Shown one piece after another: positions 1 through 12,449 of a DNA stretch of 64,000 nt; the first letter of the stretch is position 1; the number at the start of each line of letters is the position of its first letter. This DNA comes from Cenococcum geophilum (taxonomy: Eukaryota). A program made the position numbers and the translations under genes. The stretch is taken from NCBI GenBank assembly GCA_050273025.1, contig CP158635.1:5022001-5086000 (forward strand). The letters run 5' to 3'. The notes below the pieces were generated by a model. The model had not been told where the DNA came from and made no database searches. It was given only the letters and a program-made list of their open reading frames with translations.

Positions 1-909
1 ATAGTGCTACTTTAGGGCCCAGGCCTATATAGAGGAGGAAGGGAGATGTATAAGAGGCTAGTAAGAATAATAGTAAGAGAGAGAAAGGAGCTAAAGTAGA
101 GCATAAAAGAACGCTGGAAAACTATCTACCGTAATATAATACTGGCTAGACTAACGCTAGAGAGGTGTATAGGAGTTAAAGGTATAGAGACTAACTAAGG
201 TAAGAGGAACCTAAGCTATAGCATAGTTAACGCTATAGGGGGTAGACACCCTAGGGCTCTAAAAAGGCCTAATAAAGGTAGAAAATATAATAGTAACGCT
301 TTTAAGAATAGGAATAATAGAACTAAAAGACTGGCTCTATTAGGTGGGTGTCCTAGTAGGTAGCCTAAGATACGAATATAGCTAGCTAAGACAGATACTA
401 AAACACGTAATACTATTATGCCCCTTACGTACTAACTAAAAAGTAATACTCTTAGTAGCTAGTATAGAGAACTATAAGACACTGCTCTTAATATAAAAAG
501 GCCTTAAGGCGGTTACCTAGTGGCTTATTAGCTAAAATATACTAAACTAGTTCTGGGTTATAAAGGAAATAATAATAGAGGGCGGGGGGGTAAGCAATGG
601 GCGCCCCCTAATAACTCTATAGTAGTAGAGTAAAGTATATAATACTAGCGCGTCCGTAGGCTAGTTACGGCAGTAGTAGTTCCTAAGGAGGTTAAAAAGT
701 AAGGTAGTAGGAGCACTACAGGTGACTTATAGGCGCCTTGTAGGCGCCTTATAGGCGAGTCCTAAGAGGCAAGGAGATGGATTATGGGGTTTTCTCAAGT
801 TAAGTCTTTCTTAAGTTGAGTTTTCTCCCTATATATAAATAAGGAGTAGTCCGCGTGGGCCCAATAGGGATCCGAATCGGACGTTAAGCAATGAATTATT
901 ATTATTATT
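1..909 (+). mobile_element. 3' end of Tad1-like LINE (end of ORF2, 3' UTR, (ATT)n tail), RIP-degraded
   Basis: Reverse complement of ~33588-34471, part of the full LINE copy. Ends ...GGACGTTAAGCAATGA(ATT)n. Confidence 0.9.
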
Positions 910-1523
910 AAAATCTATAACCTTTAGATAAGGTGGTTTTTCAAATAGACCTTCTTAAGGTGCTTTTATGGCTAGGTTAACTTAGGCCTAAATTTGCTAA
1001 TCTATAAGGGCTTATAGTTGCTAGATCTATTACTCCTAGTCTTCTAGCTTATTAAGGATAATTGTAGTAGACGAACTCAACGTTAGTGGAGTTATTTAAC
1101 TGATAGGTAGATGGGAATTAAGATGGAATTTAACATTAGGATTGTCCTTATCGTTAGGATTATCCTTTAATAATTAAGGTGGAATCTTGTGGAATCTCGT
1201 CCTGTAACAATTAAGGTAGGATTTTAATTAGGGTTATCTTGTAATAATAAGGTGTCAGAGTCTAATAATAAGGTAGAATTTCTTTAAATAATTAAGTAAT
1301 AGCTAAATAGCTTCTTATGTCGGCGGACCGGGCTTATAACTGTTAGATAACTTATATAGAGCTATTTATTAATAAAATAGGTTGATTAATTAATGATCTT
1401 AATTGTCTTGATAGATGCTTAACCTAGGGCCCCTGGGCTTAGACGAAGATATTTATAATACACGTGACCCATACACGTGGCCCGTGCACGTCCTACGCCA
1501 CCGAGAATATAGATTATCTAACA
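910..1523 (-). mobile_element. 5' end of a Ty1/copia element (LTR 1341-1523 plus leader), cut off by the LINE
   Basis: 183-bp LTR bounded by a 10-bp inverted repeat TGTTAGATAA...TTATCTAACA. On the minus strand it is followed by GTTATAAGCCC, a RIP form of the GGTTATGAGCCC-type copia primer-binding motif. Confidence 0.7.
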
Positions 1524-2084
1524 GTACCTCATCAAAAGTGTCCAGTCCGAGGCTATACCAAAAATGATATTTTTTACCCAAATGCTATATAAAAGCCATA
1601 TAATTAATTCCGGAGTTTTAAAAACAATCTAAAGTTGCTTATAGATATATAATCTAGTAATTGCGATACTTTTTTTACTGTTTAAAATCTACAGTCCCTT
1701 ATTAAAAATCCATACAAATTTAAAAGAAAAAAAATATTTAAAGGTTTATAATAAACCTTTCTGCTTTTAAATATAAATCTTTATAAGATATTGAATTTAT
1801 ATAAGGTGATAAGCTCCGCACCACTTAGCTATATAAACCTACAAAAGGTAAACAAGTGACTGGCTTAATGCTAGGCACGGCTGTGCGGAACAATATATAT
1901 AGGCGAGGTGACTTCGTCACTTGACAATTTATAAAATATATATTAAATATTATAGATTTAATAGAGAATTAGCAGGATATTTAAAAGAGTCATTGGTTTT
2001 TAACTTTAAAAAAAGGTTATAATAGTTAGGTTTTATATATAATATAAACTTTAAATATTTTTTTTAAAGCTTTAGAATTAATTA

Positions 2085-3035
2085 GTAGTAGTAGATTTAA
2101 TTTACCGTCCGACCCGGTCCCCCTAATGGGTCCACGCAGACTAATTCCTATAGGAAAAGCTTATATTACACTAAGAAAACCTATTTTTTTTGGGTGAATA
2201 AAAAACCTCCAAGGGAAACGTAAGAGGTAATACTTCTAGATAGCATCCGTACTACATTAACGGGAGGAGAAAAACACCATCAGGTTGCTGCTTTAAGACT
2301 TCCCTTACGCGAGAGTGTCTAAAATGCCTGTCTTGCCCTTGTCTGCCATTTAAACCATTTTTACTACGTTTGTGTATTGCCTGTATAAAGTTATATGCCT
2401 ATCCCTAGCTCCTTTTCTAAGTCTCCTGTAAATATCTCCTAATAATAATAACGCTTGCGCTCCGCCTGGGCTTGCATGCTAAGGTCTCTTATCTATTCCT
2501 TTATTAAAAGGTTTCTATAATAGGGTGTATATAACTTAGTATTGCTTTTGCCCTAGGTCCTAACCCTAGGCCCTTATACCTATTTATAAGGTATAGGAGG
2601 ACGCTCTAGTATTTAATAGGGGTAACTAGTCCCTATAACTAGATACCTAGGTTACTAGGTAATGTTAAAATAGGGGGCTTCTGCTACGCTTAAGGCGCGG
2701 ATTGTTTGCGTATATATGTGGTTGCTATATAGTGTATATAGTATTTATAGGAGGGAGGGGGTACGCCGGAGGGATAATTGCTTGTTAATTCGAATGACCG
2801 AACGTGTATAATAGACGTAGTAGCTATATTCAAACTTTTTGCTAGGGCTTACCCCCCAGTAAAAAAATTTCACACTACTACCACTACGTCGCTGCGCAGG
2901 CGCTGCGCAGCTGTATATATGTCTCTGCGTTTGCTCTAGTAGTCTATTGACACGATCTAAATAGAATATTAATAGTAGCTGCTAGGTTCCCGGGCTTTAC
3001 CACGTGGAGGTGCAGAGGCCGATTTCATTAAGCCC
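2085..3035 (-). mobile_element. Non-autonomous ribozyme-capped SINE-like retroposon, copy 1 (family a)
   Basis: TSD TTTAGAATTAATTA at 2071-2084 and 3036-3049. (CTA)n tail, LINE-like 3' stem-loop, collinear with 54115-55022, no recognisable ORF. Confidence 0.85.
2923..3035 (-). ncRNA. HDV-like self-cleaving ribozyme (predicted)
   Basis: P1 GGGCTT/AAGCCC, P2 CTCTGC/GCAGAG, P3 ACC/GGT, L3 TCCACGT, J1/4 GGG, long P4 hairpin, J4/2 GCAAAC. Confidence 0.8.
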
Positions 3036-3528
3036 TTTAGAATTAATTATATAGTAATCTAGTAGGGTTATATAAGGAATCTTTAGCCCTTACTCGGGCT
3101 TACAGCCCTCCTATTCTCCTTGTCAGTTCGCCTCTATATTAGGGTATTACTATACCTACTCTTTACCATATTATCCTCTTCTATTAATTCTTTTATTACT
3201 TAAACCTAGCCTACCTACTCCCTACTATATACCTGGGCAATATGCCTTATATATAGACCAATCCTATACTCTTTTAGGTAGTAGCTAACAGTAAGCTAAA
3301 GGCTTCGCCCTTAAGCAATCTTATAATCCTTTACTTTTTACCTAAGATAACCGCGTATACTATAGAGTAGGTATACTAGTAGATGTCTAGTAGATGGCAT
3401 CCGTATATAACGGTTTATTAGAATATAGATTAGGTCCTCTACTTTACCTAAAACAATCGCGTATACTATAGAGCAGCTATATTAGCAGATATCTAGTAGA
3501 TCGTATCTGTATATTATAGTTAGATAAA

Positions 3529-3869
3529 TATAACAGAATCCCCCAAGAGGTACATATCCAATAAGACGGTAGGAGGTTTTATTTATATCCCATCTATGTT
3601 CCAGAAGACATAGTCAGACAGGTTAGGGGCAAAAGGTTTTACTAGCGTCTTAGAAGAAATATATAGGAAGCTAGTTCCCCTCTAGAGAAGAACTAGCGAT
3701 TAGTCTCTAAATAGAAGTGGTTAGAAGCATTTGTCCTTTAATATATAAAACTTATTCTACCTTTAACTTACCTTTAACTTACCTTTAACTTACCTTTAAC
3801 TTATCTTCTACTTACCGGTAATACTATTAATTAGATAATTATACGTTCCGGTTAGGCTAGCCTCTTATA
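3529..3869 (+). repeat. 5' LTR of gypsy A
   Basis: Direct repeat of 13883-14212. Contains four 11-bp CTTACCTTTAA units versus three in the 3' LTR. Confidence 0.93.
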
Positions 3870-6800
3870 ATTCTAATTACTTACAATCCGTTAGGAACGT
3901 ATAGCTATTAATTAATAATAACGGACTATACTCCTATACCCTATAAAGCAACGCCCTTACCGTAAGAGGCTTAAAGAGTCTCCCTAGAGGAGCGCATTCC
4001 CTTTTCCTATAAAGAAGCTACGGCTAGTCTATCTAACCTTATAAGACCCTTAGAAACGATTACCACTAGGGAGTTATTAGAGCGGTCGCTATATAAGACC
4101 CTATAAAAAATAAAGGAGTTGGAGATATAATTAAGATAAGCATATTAAGACTACTAAGAACAATTATAAGGATAATTAGGGGAAGTATAGACACCCTAGA
4201 CACGAAGCGGACTTAAAGGGGTAACGCTATACTATACTATAATGTTAGAAAAACCTAAATTCCGCATAAAGGAACCTAATAAGTACTATAGTGATAGTCT
4301 TCGGAACTGTAATTATTTTATCTAATAATGCGAAACTAAGTTTTAGCTAAATCCGAAACACTACTCTAATAAGTATAATTAGACACTAATTGCTTCTACC
4401 TTCCTACGTAGCACTATTAAGAGTTTATAAACACGCTATGAGAAGAAACTTACTATACTTCTTAAATTTAGCGAACTTAGGACCTGGTTAGTTAATTAGA
4501 TCTAAGACCCTACTAATTAAGGGATAGACTATAACTAGCGATACCACAACACCAAATAGTGGGATGGTTAGACTGTGGTCTAGTTTATAAACTACTTAGA
4601 AGAACTAGAAGACAATATACCCTACTTAGATCTATGGGATAACGCTATATGACTTTACTAGCTACTTACTAAGCTATAACCTAAGATTTAATAGGCTATA
4701 TAAGAGAAGGGCAAAATTCCTACCTCTTAAGAAAAGCTTATCTCTAAAGCTACTTAGATTAAGAGTGCTAAAAGAGACTATTTAGGTAAGTAAAAGAAAC
4801 GAGACGCTAATAATAAAGAGCGTAGGACTAGACCTAGCTTTAATAATAAGGGCAGATTTCGACCTAACCGCTCTATAGAAGGATAATATAAGTAGGCCTT
4901 ATAGCCCTAAAGCAATACTAGTTAACCCTAAAATAACAATAGGCAGAGACCTAATTCGTAGGAGGGGAACTAGGAGATACACACCTGTTATAACTGTAGT
5001 AAGAAGGGCTATATAAGCCGCTTCTGCTGGTAAAAGAAGTAAGAGTTAGCCTAATTGGGAAAAGAGATAGCCTAGTAGATCTTTACTCCCTTACACTAGG
5101 CTAGTAAAAGAAGAAGGGAGTAAACTACCGTATAGTTATTCCTGTCTCTATTTAAGTTAATAATAAATAGGTAACGTAAGACTACCTTATAGACAGCGGC
5201 GCGAGTATAGGGTTTATTTCTTAATTACTAGTAAAAGAATTAGATTTGGACCTTAGCGGCTCGTAGGTGCGCACCGTTTAAAGCATTAGAGGCTACTAAA
5301 TTCCATACTATAGGGAATAGGCTTTTTCCGTGGCCAGCTAGGACCGCAATAGTCTATGGGACACGCAGGAGATACGCTTCTATGCCGCAGAAATTAAGGG
5401 GTATAACCTTATTTTGGGATACCTATAGCTTCGCCAAGTTAATCTAGACATTAATTAGCCTTCGGCCTTATATTAATATCGGAAGTCTTAACCGCGCATT
5501 ATAGTTAAAAATTAAGAGACTTTCTTAAACTATATATAAGAAGAAGGGTGGGTATATACTATATATGCTACTCTTAACACTAAGAACGGGGACATAGGAT
5601 ATTTATTTTTGGATATCCGGCTATACACAGTTAAGGAACTAGAGATTCTATAGGAATATATAGACTTAGAGAATATTTCTAGTAAAGAGGCTGCACAAAC
5701 CTTACCTAACCCTATATTAGTTAAGTATAAGATAGATATAAGGGACAAATAACCTCCTTTTAGACCACTATATAACCTGTTAGAAAATAAGCTAGTGGTA
5801 CTACGTTAATATATAGTAGACAATCTTTAGAGAGAATAGATTTGGCCCTTTATAAGCCTAGTAGGGGCACTAATTATATTTATACCTAAAAAGAATAGGA
5901 CCCTTTACCTCTATATCGACTATCGGGCGCTAAATAAGATTACTATAAAGAATTGCTACCCGTTACCCTTAATAGGGGAGCTTATTAATAGGCTATTGGG
6001 CGTAAAGATATTTATAAAATTAGATCTAAAAAATATATACTATTAAATCCGGATTAAAGCCGGTAATAAGTAGAAAACGGCGTTTTAAATACGGTATGGC
6101 CACTTTAAGTACCTAGTAATGCTATTTAGGCTTACCAACACACCAGTGATATTTTAGGCCTATATTAATAAGGCATTATTAGGCCTATTAGACACAATAT
6201 ATATAGTCTACCTTAATAACATTATAGTCTACTCTAATAACTATAAAGCACATATACACTATGTGTAAATGGTATTAGAAAAACTGCGGGAATATAAGCT
6301 CTATATAAACCTAAAAAAGTGCATATTCTATACTACTAGCATTAATTTTTTAGGCTTTATTATTAGCGTTAACGGAGTATTAATAGAGAAAAGTTGGGTA
6401 GACGCTATTAGGGAATAGCTCTACCCTATAATATTTAGAGAAGTATAGGTTTTCTTAGGCACGGCAAACTTCTACTAAATGTTTATTGTTTACTACTTAT
6501 AAGTAATACTCCTAATTACTAATCTACTAAAAGGATCTAAGAATGGTAAGAAGTTAGGACCCTTTATATTTAGGAAAACTGCTAAGCAGGCTATAGACCG
6601 GTTAAAGGATTTATTTATATTAGCGCCTATCCTAATATACTTCTACTAGGAGCTATGTATATACCTTAAAATAAATGCATCCGGCTTTACCCTAGAGGTA
6701 ATTATATCTTAATTAAAAGACGGAAAATAGCATCCTATAGCGTTTTGGTTAAGGAAAATAACCCCTATAGAGTAGCGTTATATAATGTATAACTAGGAGC

Positions 6801-8329
6801 TACTCGCGATAATCGTAGTAATAAAGCACTGGCAATATTATTATATAGGAAGTAATTATCCTATTAAAGTCCTTATAGACTATAATAACCTAGAATACTT
6901 TATAACTATAAAGGTATTAAGCAGTTAATAAGCAAGATAGGTAAAGGCACTATTGTAGTATAATTTTAAAATTATATACCGCCTAGGGAAAACAAATCCT
7001 GCTAATAGGTTATTAAGACGTTTAGATTATAAGACAGGGAGAATCTAGAACAGTATAGGGGAAATAATCCCCATATTATAAAATTTGCTTAAGAAGAAAG
7101 AAGATTCTTTCCCTAAAACTATAGAATTTTATAGTAGGGTAAAGGTCCTAGTAATACAGCTATAAAGTAATATAATTATAAAGCCGTAGGATATAGTTAT
7201 AGACTAGGTTATAAACTAAGTAGATATTATAAAGTTAGCGTATCCTAGAATTAGCGAGAATTCTACGAGATATGCTAGAGGTGCTGCGGCACCTTTAACT
7301 TAACGGCGCATTAGCTACAAGTTTTCGGATCTAAGGGGGATAGGCGAGATACCTATCCGCAGTATAGCATACTATATAATAGTAGAAGAATCTACTAGCA
7401 CTAATAGTTTAAAACGTCTCGTGCTATACCTTAAGTCTATAATAGCGGTAGGCAAAATAAAAGCAAGTAATCTATATAAAACCTTTTTAGATTTTCTTCT
7501 TTAAGCTTAATAAAGGGACGCCTTCGCCTTTAGGGAAAGGTGGAAAGATATAGTAGAGACTAACTTAGCCGGAGTTACTAAGAAGCTATAGTAGTAAGAC
7601 TAAAAGGGTCTATTACGCTTTAAGGGTGCTATATATATCCTAAAGGACTAAGCGATTTAAGACGAAATTCTAAAGGTCTTCTATAATAACCCTTTTAGGG
7701 GTCACTATAGTGCCAACAGAACCCTTAAGGCTGTTTAAAGGAAATACTTTTAGGATAGAATGTTTAAAGAGGTTAAGGACTATATATTAAGGTATAATAC
7801 GTGCTAAAGGATATAGATATCTAGGCATCGCCTATACGGCGAGTTATTAGTGCTTCCTATTCTATAGGGACCTATATTAGAATTAACAATAGCTTTTATT
7901 ATAGGCTTACCCCCTACTAAGATAAGAACTAGAGAGGTTACTAATACTATCTTAGTAATCGTTAATAGGTATATAAAGTTTTTAGAATACTTTACTATTA
8001 TAATAATAATTACGGTAGCAGAACTGGTAAACCTGTTTTTAGAATAGTGCATCGGCAAAATATTGTCCCTTGTAAATGACCTCAGCTGCTAGAAGTTAGC
8101 GTCGTTGGCGGGCTATTAAGGGCATTAACCAACTTGACAAACCAGCCTATGTTAAGTTCATTTAATACGCAGCCTGTGCGCAGCCTACGCGTAGCCTACG
8201 CATAGCCTGCGTAACCTGCGCAACCTATACAACCTGCGCAACCTATATAACTTATAATTTTAGATAATAAAGGCTACTTTAAAGCCGTTTATAAAGCTAT
8301 TAAGATAAATTGTATACACTTCTTTATAT

Positions 8330-8800
8330 AATCTATTATGTCTATATCTGCTACCTGTCTGCATTATCTACCTATCTATATTACCTACCTATCTACATTA
8401 CCTACCTGTCTGTATTACCTACCTGTCTATATTATCTACCTATCTATATTATTTACCTATCTATATTACCTACCTATCTATATTACCTACCTGTCTATAT
8501 TGCCTACCTATTTATATTATCTACCTATCTATATTATCTACTTATTTATATCGCCTACCTATCTATATTATCTACTAGTCTGCATTATCTACCTATCTGC
8601 ATTACCTACCTATCTATATTACCTACCTATTTACATTATCTACCTATCTACATTATCTACCTGTCTATATTACCTACCTATCTACATTACCTACTTGTCT
8701 GCATTACCTACCTATCTATATCGCCTACCTATCTGCATTATCTACCTATCTATATTGTCTACCTATCTATATCGCCTACCTATTTGTATCTGCCTATAGT
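8330..8800. repeat. Degenerate CTACCTATCTATATTA-type tandem array
   Basis: Visible periodicity. Explains the low-complexity ORFs at 8310-8816. Confidence 0.9.
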
Positions 8801-9279
8801 GTCTAATTCAATTTAGGGGAGAGGTCGGCCCGATTAAAGGCTTTGATTGATTCGAATCGTTCTCCATGGCCGTTCGCTGGCTATATATTCGAATAGTGGT
8901 CATCTAAGGTGCCTCCCTAGGAGGCCTTGATTCGATTCGATTCGGTAATAGGCTCTGGATTAATTTAATTGATTAATTGAATCGTTCGTGGTGTTCGCTG
9001 GCTGGTTATTTAAACGGTCGTCGTCTGGTTCTAGTAACGGTCATCTACTAGTTCTAGCGACGGTCGTCTGGTTCTAGCGACAGTTATCTAGTTCTGGCGA
9101 CGGTTATCTGGTTCTAGCGACGGTCGTCTGGTTCTAGCAACGGTTGTCTAGTTCTAGCGACGGTCCTCTGCTAGCTGCCGTTTCAGTGCCTCCTAAAATA
9201 GGGAGGATGTAAGGAAGGGTAAAAAATAAGGTAGCTGCAAAGGGGGTAACTTGGCAGAGGCACGTGCGGAGACCCAATA

Positions 9280-9620
9280 TAGAGCTTCGTATAGAGCCTC
9301 CGTATATAGAGCTTCGCGCAGAGCCTTGTGCAGAGCCTCTATATATAAAGCTTCGTGTAGAGCTTCGTATAGAGCTTCGTGCAGAGCCTCGTGCAGAGCC
9401 TCTGTACGTAGAGCTTCGTGCAGAGCCTTATGTAGAGCATCTATACGCAGAGCTTCGTGCAAAGCCTCTATCGCAGAGCTTTATGCAGAGCTTCGTGCAG
9501 AGCCTCTATCGCAAAGCTTTGTGCAGAGCTTTGTGCAGAGCCTCGTGCAGAGCCTCGTGCAGAGCCTCGTGCAGAGCCTCTGTCGCAGAGCTTCGTGTAG
9601 AGCTTCGTGTAAAGCCTCTT
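9280..9620. repeat. ~12-bp GCAGAGC(T/C)TCGT tandem array
   Basis: Visible periodicity. Explains the ORFs at 9193-9635. Confidence 0.9.
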
Positions 9621-9679
9621 GAGCATATAACTTAAAAATAATATATTATATTACCTTAATTGTATATTAAGGAATATAT

Positions 9680-9920
9680 AAGTTAGTTAACTGCGTGTTA
9701 TTTAACTTTTAAATATATTAAGTTGGTTAATTGCAGGTTAATTACAGGTCAATTGTGTGTTATTTGACTTTTAAATATATTAAGTTGGTTAACTGCGTGT
9801 TGTTTAACTTTTAAATGTGTTAAGTTGGTTAACTGCGTGTTATTTGACTTTTAAATATGTTAAGTTGGTCAACTGCGTGTTATTTGACTTTTAAATATGT
9901 TAAGTTGGTCAACTGTATGT
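9680..9920. repeat. ~40-bp subterminal tandem repeat
   Basis: TAAGTTGGTCAACTGCGTGTTATTTGACTTTTAAATATGT, about 5 copies. Confidence 0.88.
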
Positions 9921-11183
9921 TAATTATGCGAAACGCGCTTAACAAAGTCGACTTGAAACCCAGCCTGCGAATATTTTCCCGATATGGCTCTTATTTAGTA
10001 CACTAAGGGGAATCGTGTCTAATAGAGGTACCGTATTTAACAGTGCATTTTAGTCTTTATTCTGTCTCTTATTAAAAATATAGTAAAGAATAAGTACTGC
10101 CTTCTACCTATAAATAAACGGGCAAACAGAGCGTCTAAATACGTTATTAGAACACTACCTCCGCTACTATATCAATTATTAATAGGATAATTAGACATTA
10201 TAGTTAGCTTTAGCGCAGCACGTATATAACATAAGTATCTATAGCAGTATAAAAATGACCCCTTATAAAGCATTATTTGGGGTAAAAGTAAATAACCCCT
10301 AGAACATTAAGGACATTGTTCCTAAAAGAGAGGCACTAGCAGCGTCTAAAAGAATTAAGCAAATAAGAATTCGCAGAAAGGAACTTAAAAAGCACTTACT
10401 AGACGCCTAGGCTGTGTAAAAAAGGTACTATAACGAAAAATATATGCTAAAAGAATTTAAGATAGGAGACGAAGTCTTACTATTTATAAAAAATATCCAA
10501 ACAAAACGCATTAAGAAGAAGCTGGATTACCAGTGGCTTAGACCCTTTAAGATAGTTAAAAAAACTAAAGAAAACCAAGCCTATAAATTAGAATTACCGA
10601 AATCTTATCTAATATATTTTATATTTTATATTTCCTTACTAAAGCTATACTGGAGAAAAGATAGTGCGGAACCGCCCCTATCTAGAGAAATTAATAGGGA
10701 ACTAGAATAGAATATAGAAGACATTTTAGACTAAAGATGGCGCCAGAAAAAGCGCGAATTTTTAGTTTATTAGGAAGGATACTTTTAGGTATATAATAGT
10801 TAGGAACCTAAGGAGTACCTTTAGCTGGGATATAATACTATAATTAAAACCTTTCTAAGAACTAAAGGTAAAGACTTAGAAATAGTTCCGGATATACTAT
10901 AGGTAAAGTAATAGGGAAGACCCTATAAATTAAAACTATAAAATTAAGTATAGGTATTAAGAACGGAAACGTTTTGCTATTATAATAGGGATCCTAAAAT
11001 CCTATAAGAGGAAGCCTATAGGGATCTATAGGAAAACTACTAGGGATACTATTTAAAGAAGACGCTGTTTAAGAAGGAGTAGTAGTACTATAAGAAGTGG
11101 CCTTAGGGATTTAGAAAGATCCCCTAGGGATAAAAGGAGAGTATCTAGCCTAGTACCAGAAATACGCAGTAAAGTTAATAGTA

Positions 11184-12197
11184 GTAGTAATTCTTTAATT
11201 AACGTCTGATACGGATCCTACTAGCCCACGCAGACTACTCCGTTATAGGGGGAAAACTTATAATTTATATAAAGAAAACCCTGCAGTTGGGGGAAGGAAA
11301 AACCCTATAAGCCACCTTAGTAGGATAAAAAAACCTAAATTGCCATATTTGCACGTAGCAGCGGCCCTACGGGCCTATAGCACGTCCTCCTCCTTAGATG
11401 TTTTAAACTCCTTAGGAACTACTACTTCCTTCTCTAGCTTATTAAAGCTGGGGTTCACTATATCCCAGCTAGGCCCTGCTAATTAATTGCTGTGTCTTAT
11501 TGTCTTATTCCGTATCTTACCTATCCCCTATATACTATCTCTTATAGACTATTACCATATACGCCTTGCCTCCCCCCCCCCTAGAGCTATTAAAGGCGTA
11601 AGGGGGATTTATTTGTTCTAACTACCGTAATACTAATAAGCGAGCGGGATATATTGTGTATTTGGGTATCTTTTATGCTTAGGCCCTAGCTAGGCCCTTT
11701 CTAAGGGCACTACTCCGTTAAAAGGAGACAGGGAAAACCGTGGGTCATAATCTAGGCTGCTAGGTAGTATTCGGTAGTTAAAAACGGCGAGTAACCGCAT
11801 ACTCCGCGGGCGATTGCCCTGGGGGTTAGGAGGGGCCGTATATTTACTCATTCGTTTATTTACTCCGCGTTCACTCATTCATTAATATAAAAGGTTGTTA
11901 ATGCTTTCTATTAGGGGTTAGGGGATGCTATTAAATGCTATGCATCCATATTGGATCGTATAGGTGCCTTAGATAGGAGAATAATATAGTAGTTATTGTA
12001 TTATAGAGGGCCAACAGTAGTGGTTTTTAAGATCTCACCATCCGAAAATTTTTCACCACCGCCCTTAACGCCCACAACCACCACCAGGTCCTGTCCACAC
12101 GCTATACGACGTCTCTGCGTTGGCTTTAGATCTAAACTTTAAAGACTAGGTTCGTAGCCGTCACCGCGTATAGGTATAGAGTCCGATTTCGACGGCC
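11184..12197 (-). mobile_element. Non-autonomous ribozyme-capped SINE-like retroposon, copy 2 (family b)
   Basis: TSD GTAAAGTTAATAGTA at 11169-11183 and 12200-12214. (CTA)n tail. Last ~60 nt closely match the LINE 3' end at 843-900. Confidence 0.85.
12113..12197 (-). ncRNA. HDV-like self-cleaving ribozyme (predicted, 85 nt)
   Basis: P1 GGCCGTC/GACGGCT (7 bp, G1.U wobble), P2 CTCTAT (RIP of CTCTGC)/GCAGAG, P3 ACC/GGT, 7-nt L3, J4/2 GCCAAC. Confidence 0.8.
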
Positions 12198-12449
12198 TGG
12201 TAAAGTTAATAGTATAAAGAGGAGCAAAAGAACAGCCTATAAAGAATTAAAAATTTTAAGGAATTATAAGGCACCTATAGAAATACTACCCGTTTATTAT
12301 ATATAGGGATTATAATAGTATACTGCGTTTATATAGATTGTCACTAAAGCTTAGAATAAAGGTATCCCTAAAGTATAAAGTTAATTCCTAATAATAGGGC
12401 ATTTTAGAGGCACCTAAGAGGCACTATATAAAGCTATTCTATAAGAAGA

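Larger units (their letters stand above)
8050..9984. mobile_element. Non-autonomous TIR element (variant 1) inserted in the gypsy A integrase
   Basis: Termini CATCGGCAAAATATT...AATATTTTCCCGATA with a 2-bp TG duplication. Removing it restores the integrase frame. Core ~8790-9270 is shared with 31680-32420. Confidence 0.8.

Noticed and set aside
2085..3035. tRNA- or 5S-derived classical SINE head
   Set aside because: I could not see A/B boxes or a cloverleaf. The 5' end is fully accounted for by the HDV fold.
8310..9635. ORFs of 89-168 aa
   Set aside because: They are translations of tandem repeats that are open in several frames.
10444..10710. 88-aa ORF as a gene
   Set aside because: Stop-free remnant of the gypsy A integrase C-terminus.
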